The notes under the pieces are model-generated. The model did not search any database, was not told the origin of the DNA, and saw only the letters and a program-made list of their open reading frames with translations. Shown here piece after piece: positions 54,177 to 64,000 of a stretch of 64,000 bases of DNA. Positions within the stretch are counted from its first letter, which is position 1. Each line of letters starts with the position of its first letter. The position numbers and the translations under genes are program-made. The stretch is from positions 12,896,001-12,960,000 of the forward strand of contig OX597835.1 in assembly GCA_951406725.2 (NCBI GenBank), in the 5' to 3' direction. The DNA comes from Octopus vulgaris. Taxonomy: Eukaryota.

Positions 54177-54538
54177 CATTGGTGTAATGTAAAGTATACT
54201 AGCCATCTCAATATGGCTAACCACTAAGGGTGCGTATTATTGTAGCTTGTAGCCCCAGGAGATCATCGTCTCCAGCTGGCTTTAAGACACACTTTCTGTG
54301 CCCTTATGGTATTTGCAAAGGTAGGTCATCCCTCTCTCGTAAACCTAAGTGACACGCACGGACTGCAGTTTCTAGGTATTTGCCTGTCTTCGGCGTACGG
54401 CAGTCACCGGTTTACGATGAAAGGGAGACCTGTTTGCAAATACTTATAGGTTTTTCTAGTAACTTCCGTCACTGATTTCGAAAAACTGTCTGCAAGCAAT
54501 AATAAATCTCTGAATGAGATGTAACATTGGTGTAATGT
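54177..54538. mobile_element. Unclassified structured ~350-bp element with a 14-bp terminal direct repeat and a long rod hairpin
   Basis: CATTGGTGTAATGT at 54177 and 54525; rod 54309-54443. Confidence 0.65.
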
Positions 54539-54993
54539 TACCCGCAAAGTGGAAAGCTCAAAGATCAGGGAGTTTCTTCACATTGAGCCACTAATTCTCT
54601 GCATTGAGAGGTCACAGAAAACCACAGACTTGTAATTAGAATGGTGCAAGAAAGAATTGCAAGATGGATTCTTCAAGGAGTGACCAAGGGGTTGACCAAG
54701 GGGTTGACCAAGGGGTTGACCAAGAATGAGATAGTGGAGAGAATATCTGTAGTCTAAGTTGGTCATGCTTAGAGATTCAGCAGAAAATTGTAATGATGGT
54801 TGCTTCTGGTAGGTTCCTACAGAGGAACTGCCTAAGGACTCTACCTCTACTACCCCCTCCACTACCCCTCCACTACCCCTCCACTACTCTCACAGGTGGA
54901 GAATATGGATGGACGAATGGATTCTACTTTCCTACATGACAGTTTCGTCTTTATTTGCTCCAAGGTCACTTACAGCAGTTGTTAATAATAATA

Positions 54994-55393
54994 AGAAGGA
55001 GGAGGAGGAGGAGGAGGAGGAGGAGGAGGAGAAGGAGGAGGAGGAGAAGAAGAAGAGGTGGGAGAAGAAGAAGAAGAAGAAGAAGAAGAAGAAGAAGAAG
55101 GAGAAGAAGAAGAAGAAGAAGAAGAAGAAGAAGAAGAAGAAGAAGAGAAGAGAAGAGAAGATAGATAGAAGAAGAAGAAGAAGAAGAAGAAGAAGAAGAA
55201 GAAGAAGAAGAAGAAGAAGAAGAAGAAGAAGAAGAAGAGAAGAAGAAGAAGAAAAAGAAGAAGAAGAAGAAGAAGAAGGGGAAGGAGAAGGGGAAGAAGA
55301 AGAAGAAGAAGGGGAAGGGGAAGAAGAAGAAGAAGAAGAAGAAGGAGAAGGAGAAGAAGAAGAAGAAGAAGAAGATAGACAGACAGAGAGACG

Positions 55394-55443
<50 letters not shown>
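54994..55443. repeat. (GAG)/(GAA)n then (GATA)n microsatellite
   Basis: Direct reading. Confidence 0.95.
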
Positions 55444-55444
<1 letters not shown>

Positions 55445-57736
55445 TGACATATATGAAAAACCAAATTTTTTTTAGGTGTTACTATAAATTTAGTGAGACA
55501 AATTCACCCCTGAGTCTTTGTGATACTCCATCGTTCTGATATTCACAGATGTTTTCTCTCAGAACAGCTGTGCTAACATCGAGATGTCTGTCACCCAAAC
55601 CACTGTGGTGCTTTTATTTCCTTCAACCTTTATAACAGAAAATATCTTTGTCTTATCTGCAGACCGTTTTTTTTCTTCCAAAAACTTCTGTGATTTCTTT
55701 GCAGCTTTTTTTTTTTTTTACCGTTTATCCTTGGTTCCGTCATTTCTTTGAGAAATACACTTCAAAGTTAACGCTCTTTTCCCAGTGATTTCCCAGACAA
55801 CCTTTTTGCCAACTTACACATTTTCAACTTCATTTTATGGGTCACCTTAATAAGGTCAGGTGTGTTCCTTTACAAAAGCCCTCTGTCTTTTTATTGCAGC
55901 TGCCATAAATTCCATATTGGTTCATAACCAATATTTTGTAATCGATAATGTTTCTTCTATAATGATCTTGTAATTCTGTTTATCGAAACATTTTCCATAA
56001 TTCAGAATCTAATTGGTTCTTTCCTCTTGAACTGCTGCAAATAATAATTCTTCATATTTTTTTTCTATTTTGAAACTTCTTCCATTTTCACACGATATTC
56101 TGTCAATAAGGATTCCAATATGAAGATTCCATGATCTAGCAGAACACCCTTTGGCTAAATTCTGCAAAATTTGTAGAAATATTCTCCCCATTGGTTTTAT
56201 TTCCTGAACCAAACTGGGCTGAATAAGTTGTTGTGTAAAAGGAAACATGATGCTTTTGTATGATTTTCCTCTCGTGAAATTCTTCATCATTAGAACCACA
56301 TCGGCAAACGACTAATGAAACACACCAACATGATTGTATTATTATCACATGATGAGTCTATTCAAATCTTCCCTGCTTTTTCTTTTCTTTTGATCTTCTC
56401 TGATATCTGTATTGGTCATCTGAATGGGGACGATTTTCATTCATCTGAGAAGATTACATTTTGAAAGAAAATTAGATATTTTTCTTTGTACACTTTACAA
56501 AATTACTTTCTGTCATAAGCAATACACTCTATTTTCAATAAATAAAACCTTTTACACATAAACCTTTCATCACTTTTTTCTTTTTTTTTTTTCTCCAGGA
56601 CATTCTAATAGCTTATTATATTCATTTTTCTGTTGCTTTAACTAAAATATTTTTCAGTAAATTCTTCATTTTTTTTTCCTATTTGTTCACCATCTTTCTT
56701 AATTTCATTTAAAATGGCCAGTTCCGTTTTGATTATCCGGAGTTTTGTAAAAATGTCGAATCGCTCTTTTTCTTAAATAGGTGTTAAAAAAGTAGAAGAG
56801 ATATTCTTTTTAAATTACATGAAATAATAAAACAAATATTGATAAAGCTTCAATCAAAACAAACTGTTTAGACAAGGACAAGAATGAAAAGAATGAACAA
56901 ACATAGAAAATAGGGTTTTGAAAATAAAAACAAAATATATTTAAAATATTCAAAATAAATTCCCATGACAATTGTGGTTTGGAGTTCACATTTGCTGTCA
57001 TCATCATCGTTTAACGTCCACTTTCCATGCTGGCATGGGTTGGACGGTTTGACTAGGGCTGGCGAGCCAGAAGGCTGCACCAGTCTCCAATCTGATCTGA
57101 CAAAGTTTCCTAACACCAATCACTCCAAGAATGTAGTGGGTGCTTTGCTTTTACCAACCACTTAACAGTACCCTCTGTAAAGTGGTTGGTGTTAGGAAGG
57201 GCATACAGCCAAAGAAACCATGCCAGAACAGACAATGGGACCTGGTATGGCCCCTGGTCTTACCAGCTTTGGTCAAACTGTCCCACCCATACCAGCAAGG
57301 AAAACAGACGTTAAATGATGATGATGATGATGGTGATGATTATGATGATTATGATTATGATTGTAGTGGTTGTGGTGATAATGGTGATGATGATGGTGAT
57401 GATGATGACGATGATGATGGTGATGATATATATGATGGGCTTCTTCCGGAGCCACTTGCAAGGATTTGGTGGTCCCGCGTTGGGTTGTTGTAGAAGACAC
57501 TTGCTCAAGGTGCCACACAGTTGGACTGAACCCATAACAATGTGGCTGGGAAGCAAACTTCTTACTACACCACCACCCCCGCACCATACAAGCATTGTCC
57601 TTCATTTCCAATCTACTCTGAAAACATCTGATCATGGGGAAATATTCCTTTCTTCTATAGGAACAAGGCCTGTAGTTTGGTGGGAGGGGTTAAGTTGATT
57701 ACATTAACTCCAGTGCATGACTGGTACTTAATTTCA

Positions 57737-58075
57737 TCCAGCCACAAGGAGGGCAATCAGCCACAAGGAGGGCAATCAGCCACAAGGAAGGCAATCAGCT
57801 ACAAGAAGGGGCATCCAGCCACAAGGAGGACATCCAGTCATAAGGAGGGCATCTAGCCACAAGGAGGGTATCCAGCCACATGAAGGGCATCCAGCCACAA
57901 GAAGGGCATCCAGTCTCATGGAGGGCATCCAGCTACATGATGAAGGGCATCCAGTCACAAGGAGGGCAATCAGCCACAAGGAGGGCATCCAGCCACAAGG
58001 AGGGCATCCAGTCACAAGGAGGGCATCCAGCCACAAGGGGGGCATCCAGCCACAAGGAGGGCATCCAGCCACAAG
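57737..58075 (+). repeat. ~20-bp minisatellite derived from the SINE family B core
   Basis: Unit CATCCAGCCACAAGGAGGG, roughly 16-17 copies, followed by the SINE tail CATGGAAAAGTGGACATTAAA. Confidence 0.85.
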
Positions 58076-58149
58076 AAAATCTGTTCAACAAATTCTGTCT
58101 GACGTTACAAGCATGGAAAAGTGGACATTAAAAACAATGCTGCTGTTAC

Positions 58150-58167
58150 TGATGATGATGATAATGA

Positions 58168-58235
<68 letters not shown>

Positions 58236-58247
58236 GATGATGATAAA

Positions 58248-58279
<32 letters not shown>

Positions 58280-58311
58280 GGAAGATGATGATGATGATGA
58301 TGATGATGATA

Positions 58312-58379
<68 letters not shown>

Positions 58380-58391
58380 GATGATGATAAA

Positions 58392-58423
<32 letters not shown>

Positions 58424-58427
58424 GGAA

Positions 58428-58493
<66 letters not shown>

Positions 58494-58505
58494 GAAGAAG
58501 AAGAA

Positions 58506-58558
<53 letters not shown>

Positions 58559-58580
58559 CGACGATGATGACAACAACAAT
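58150..58580. repeat. (GAT)n microsatellite
   Basis: Direct reading; source of poly-D/M/H/S ORFs. Confidence 0.95.
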
Positions 58581-59295
58581 GTTGGTCTTTGGGGAAAAGG
58601 CAAAAAGCTGATAAGAGTTTAATCATTAACCAAAAATAGTCAATCAAAAATACCGAATTTGAATGAAGATCTCTCTGCAGTGACACTGCAGAGAGATTTC
58701 TTTTTTTCTTTTTTTTTTTTTTTTGAAAGTTTTGCCAAAAATTACACTTTTATCTCAATGGTTTTTCAATGACACCTATTTCTTTTCTTAATTTTGTTTT
58801 CTTGGCACCATCACAAAGTTTTTCCCTTCTCTCTCTCTTTCACTTTCTCTTTCTTTCTCTCTCTATCTCTCTCTCGCTATCTCTATGTCTCTCTCTTTTT
58901 CTATTGGTCAAAAATTTCATCGATAAGAAATCAATATTAAGATTAAAATCTTGTTTTTTAAAAATTGATTTTTATTACTCTAAATGTTAGATCTTTTTAC
59001 TCAGAAGGGGGGAAAACACAACCCCAGAAAAACATTATCACAACTGAATGCAACATTTTTCTTTTTTTATCTGTATGTGTCTTCTTTTCCCAGCCTGTTT
59101 AAAAAAAATTCATTATTATTATCATTATCATTATTATTATTATTCTTATCATTATTATTATTATTATTATTATTATTGTTGTTGTTGTTGTTGTTGTTAT
59201 TGCTGTTGTTGTTGTTGTTGTTGTTGTAGTAGTTATTATCATTATTATTGTTATTAACATTACTGTTTTTATTATCATTATCATCATCAACATTG

Positions 59296-59329
<34 letters not shown>

Positions 59330-59458
59330 CATCATCATCATCATCGTTGTTGTTGTTGTTGGTGGTGGTGGTATTTTTAACATTACTGTTTTTATTATCC
59401 TTATCATCATCAACATTGTTGTTGTTAATATTATTATTATTATTTATTATTATTATTA

Positions 59459-59536
<78 letters not shown>

Positions 59537-59993
59537 AATATGTGATTTCATTTGTAGATGGTAGTTAATCATTGGTGAAGTAATTGATTTTAGCCATTAG
59601 AGATTTTCAGGTTTGAGTTTCTCCAACAAGAAAGTTTATCTGTCCAAGACCAATTCTATATTTAAGCATCCTCCCATAAGTACACACACACACACACACA
59701 CACATGCTTTCATCTTTATGCATACACACAAGCTCAAATAATCTTATGCTTGCCCACACATACATGCATGTGCACTCGCCCATACAGACATATACACTTA
59801 CACACATCAGCCATATACATCCACACACACACACACATACACACATTATCCAGACACAAGCATACACCCACCTTAACTAGGTCATTGTTATCACCCCTTC
59901 CATTCAATCACTTCCACAGCCTTCTAGTCAATTGAACATGTAAAATCATTAGTCCAGATATGTCTTTTTCTCTCTCCATTTTCTTTCTTGTTC

Positions 59994-60029
59994 CTTTCTG
60001 ACAAAGAGCATAGGCTTGAAACATCAAAG
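59994..60029 (+). ncRNA. CpG-decayed HH-A-like hammerhead
   Basis: CTTT-CTGACAA-A-GAGC(atag)GCTT-GAAAC-ATC-AAAG; stem I covaries with GTTT/AAAC. Confidence 0.45.
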
Positions 60030-60127
60030 ACTTCTTCCATTTTTTCTGAGCATCAAGCTAATACATCCTGTTTCTTGTTTCCTCATCTATCTCTGTCTTT
60101 TGTTTTTGTATAATTTTGAACACCATA

Positions 60128-60169
<42 letters not shown>

Positions 60170-60449
60170 TATACAACTTATAAACAAGGGCAAAAGAAAA
60201 AAATTTAAATGCCAAATATGCCGAAAATAGACAAATTGTCAATAACCATATAATTTATCACTATAAGCATGCGTCTTGAAGTAAACTGACAGAAATTTCT
60301 AAAAAATTCCATTATCATCGTATCTGTCCCAATTTTAGAGCTAATTCATAAGAATTTTCTCCTCATCAGTGATAAATACGGTAAGAAATAAATGAAATAC
60401 TTACTTATACCCATGGAATATGTAAATATGTAAATATGTAAAAAAGATG

Positions 60450-60509
<60 letters not shown>

Positions 60510-60922
60510 TATGTATATTTTATTAATTTGCATGTATGTCTTATGCTCACAGCCACCAATGATGGTATCTTAAAAAACAGTATCGTTCTCATATTTATTT
60601 ATAAATAATTTCACATATTTCGTTTGTTTAAATTGCTGTTTGACCACTTCAAATGAATTTACAGGCATGGTAGGGGCAAATTCCAGTAGCTGTTCCTGGC
60701 AGATTTGGCTGAGGAGATTCAGGCACCATTTGTTGCTAAATTCGAAATCATGATATCAAATTAACCAGCATTCCTTTTGCAGACTTGGTGGAGGTAGAAT
60801 GCTAATCTTGTTCACTAAACTTAGTCCTATAATGCCTTTATTAATTTTGTGATTCTTCTGTGGCTTAGAAGTATTTTGACTTCTATTTCTAAAATGTTGT
60901 TGCCCATATAGTACCCTTGTAT

Positions 60923-60978
<56 letters not shown>

Positions 60979-61105
60979 TATTCCTGAGCGCCATACTAAT
61001 ACATTTGTTTGTTTGTACTCCACCTGCCTTTGTCTTTTGTTTATTTTTGTAAACCTTCCCGTTATATATATATATATAAAGTTATTAAGACAATTTTGTT
61101 TGTCT

Positions 61106-61168
61106 TAATAACTGACGAGATGCCGGAGTAGATTTCCACCCTGACATCCAAAACTCGGAGTTTTATTA
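61106..61168 (+). ncRNA. Type I hammerhead motif with a G12A lesion
   Basis: TAATAA-CTGACGA-GATG..CATC-C-AAAAC-TCGGA-GTT-TTATTA. Confidence 0.5.
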
Positions 61169-61211
61169 TGGCAACCAAATAATTGTCACATTATATTACA
61201 GTTATAAGTTA

Positions 61212-61242
<31 letters not shown>

Positions 61243-61809
61243 TATTAATGTTATATATGTGTATGTGTGCATGTGTGATAGACTTCATACAGTTGTTCTC
61301 AACCAAATTCATTCACAAAGCATTGCTTAACCCAAGACAAGACACTTAACCCAGATGCCATGCAGTAGGATTGAACCCCTAAACTCACATAATTGAGAAG
61401 CAAACTTCTAACCCACACAGCCATCCCCTGCTCCAACCCTCACCCTTACATATATAATATTTCACATTTGACTGAACTGTTACGGAGCTAATTTAATATT
61501 AATGTCAAAATATTTTCTTAAATTGCATTTTATTTTTAAATATGAATTTTATGAAAAAATATGATCAGCTTAAATACAATTATACAGCATTGTGATTAAA
61601 TATTATTATTCATTTTTCTCAAAATAATTGAATTTCTAGATCATAAAAATAAAATATCGAAATAATGAAAAATTAATTCGGAGAAGAGGAAAAGACTTTG
61701 AAATGGAATTATTAAAACAATAAGTGAATTATCTCAAATTATATTAAGTGATAATCTATATTAATCTTAATGAATGAAGGAATGAAGGAATGACAGTGAT
61801 GATGCTGAA

Positions 61810-62252
61810 GGTGGGGAGAGGTGAGGGGGAGGAGGAGGAGGAGGGAGGAGGAGAAGAAGAAGAAGGAGGGGAGGAGAGGGGAAGGCGGGAAAGAAGGAGA
61901 GTAGGAGGAGGGGGAGGAGTAGAAAAAGAAGAAGAGGGGAAGAAGGAAAAGAAGGGGAGGAGGAAGAGAAGAAGAAGGGGAGGAGGAGGAGGAGGAGAAG
62001 AAGAAGAAGAAGAAGAAGAAGAAGAAAGAAGAAGAAGAAGAAGAAGAAGAAGAAGAAGAAGAAGAAGAAGAAGAAGAAGAAGAAGAAGAAGAAGAAGAAG
62101 AAGAAGAAGAAGAAGAAGAAGAAGAAGAAGAAGAAGAAGAAGAAGAAGGAAAAGAAGAAAGAAGAAGAAGAAAAAGAAGAAGAAGAAGAAGAAGAAGAAG
62201 AAAAAGGAGAAGAAGAAGAAGAAGAAAGAAGAAGAAGAAGAAGAAGAAGAAG

Positions 62253-62281
<29 letters not shown>
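61810..62281. repeat. Polypurine (GAA/GGA)n tract
   Basis: Direct reading. Confidence 0.95.
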
Positions 62282-62283
<2 letters not shown>

Positions 62284-62562
62284 CGGATTACGTCAACTCT
62301 CGTGTTCAACAGATACTAATTTTATCGACCCCAGAAAGAAGTGAAGTAAATTTGACCTCAGTGGAATTTGAACTCAGAACGTAAAGATGAATGAAATGGT
62401 GCAAAGCATTTTGCCGGACAAGCTGATGATTCTACCAGTTCACCATCTTACTTTGGATTTAAATAACCAAAAGCTGTATTAAGTTATGAACTCATATCTA
62501 TAGCAACGGTTCTAATCAACTGTTGTAATTCCACTAACGATCAGCATTTCAATATTTACATT

Positions 62563-62933
62563 ATAAGGGTAGAGGAACATCGCAAATCTGTGACATGAGG
62601 AGATATTGATGAATCGGGTTTAGCTGATCATGTATGGAAAAATAGAGACCACATACCCCTGTGGGATGAAGTTAAAATAATAGACAGAGAACACCAATGG
62701 AAAATATGAAAACTAAAAGAAGCAGCACATATGCTAGGACACAACAACCTTCTAAGCAGACCGAGTGCAGATATGAACAGCATATGGGAACCGGTATTAA
62801 GGAAGGATAGGAAAATATTAATTTTATAAGCCCTAAAATTCACTCCATAATTGCCCACAGGTATATGGCGTAGTGGTTAAGAGTGCAGATTACTAACCCC
62901 AAGATCCTGAGTTCGATTCCAGGCAGTGACCTG
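62563..62933 (+). mobile_element. Penelope-like GIY-YIG C-terminus plus tRNA-like module, second copy
   Basis: IRVEEHRKSV..SGLADHVWKNRDHIPLWDEVKIIDREHQWKI*KLKEAAHM; then TGGCGTAGTGGTTAAGAG..GAGTTCGATTCC and (GAT)n. Confidence 0.8.
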
Positions 62934-63835
62934 GATGATGATGACGATGATGATGATGACGACGATGATGACGATGATGATGATGACGACGATGATGACG
63001 ATGATGATGACAACGATGACGATGATGACAACGATGACAATGATGATGACGATGACGACAATGATGATGACGATGACGATGATGACGACGACGATAACGA
63101 CAATGACGATGATGACGATGACGACGACGACTTCGATTTCGATTTTAATTCTAGGTAGTGAGCTGAATAATGGTAACAGTGTATTTCAATATTTAATTGA
63201 AAACCCCAATTTAAATCCCGTAGATATTTTCCATCATGATTCCTGCCCTCCCTCATCCTATCCTCATCCTCATCACACTGCAGGTCTGCACTTCAACCTC
63301 ATTGGTAGAGATCCTTATTGGCAAATTCAGTTTGTGAATATTTGAAACTTAAAACTAAAAGCAGCCACTTCAATATTGCGGATTTGACAAGATGCCAACC
63401 TTATTTGATAGGAAAGAACCAAAACCCTTAATAAATAAGAACATCCCTAAGGCATTGATTAAAGTTTGGCACCTGTGTCTGATTCCATCCTTGCCTCTTT
63501 GCTGTTGTGCAACTCACACACATTCATTAATCCCCCCTGCACACCTACTCCCTTGCACTCCACCAGAACCACTCTGTTAACGCTGCTTATCAACAACACA
63601 ACACCGCAGTTACCCATGGCACCACCACAAAACACCCTCCACCTACCTACTGCTTCGTCCTCGTCGCTACCCCCTTTTTTTTCTTTTTTTTTTTAAACAT
63701 TTATAAAGGAATGTTATGATAATGTGCCGTGTGTGAAATTATTAATTGAAATATTAAGATTGAAATTTCAGTCTGTCAACTGTTGAATGAATTGGAATGT
63801 CTCTGTGTAGAATCTAGTAGAAGTAGTAGTAGTAT

Positions 63836-63870
<35 letters not shown>

Positions 63871-64000
63871 TAGAGGAGGAGAGAGCAGCTGTAATATAGA
63901 TGGCAGTCATGGCTGTATTATTATCATCATCATCATCATTATCATTGTTATTACCTCCGCTGCCTTAGCAAAAGTAGAGGTATTGTTCACAGTTGTATTT

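Noticed and set aside
54230-54285. Twister/twister-sister-like loop GGCTACAAGC (minus) and hairpin-ribozyme-like GTATAC motif
   Set aside because: Required P4 closure, pseudoknot partners and the AGAAACA loop were not found, and the loop is not conserved in copy 1
55508-56444. Pseudogene, or ORF rescued by A-to-I editing of stop codons
   Set aside because: Many stops in all frames and no recognisable domain; nothing supports recoding
57737-58075. CRISPR-like regular repeat
   Set aside because: No unique spacers, no cas genes, eukaryotic context; units derive from a SINE

Overview
AT-rich, microsatellite-dense animal DNA. The SINE repertoire and (TA)/(CA)/(GAT)/(GAA) density suggest an octopus/coleoid cephalopod; this is an inference, not a database result. 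No recognisable intact host protein-coding gene was found, and almost all ORFs in the track are microsatellite or SINE artefacts. The window is a mosaic of tRNA-derived SINEs (about 5 families), decayed Tc1/mariner transposases, Helitron and Helentron-type non-autonomous elements, a Gypsy RNase H remnant, R4/Dong LINE fragments and two Penelope-like GIY-YIG ends. The main non-obvious signal is at the RNA level. (1) More than a dozen type I hammerhead-ribozyme motifs from several unrelated short repeat families sit mostly next to (TA)n tracts, in tandem or inverted pairs, with palindromic helix III as in Penelope/retrozyme dimeric hammerheads; several carry a recurrent CCGANGA (U4C) core. (2) Two diverged ~350-nt elements (19.9-20.7 kb and 54.2-54.5 kb) share an order of hairpins plus a long rod, have offset terminal redundancy, and have a stem that closes only across the circular or tandem junction. 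There are also weak splice-signal hints of a minus-strand non-coding or orphan transcript. All pairings were read by eye; nothing was folded or searched computationally.
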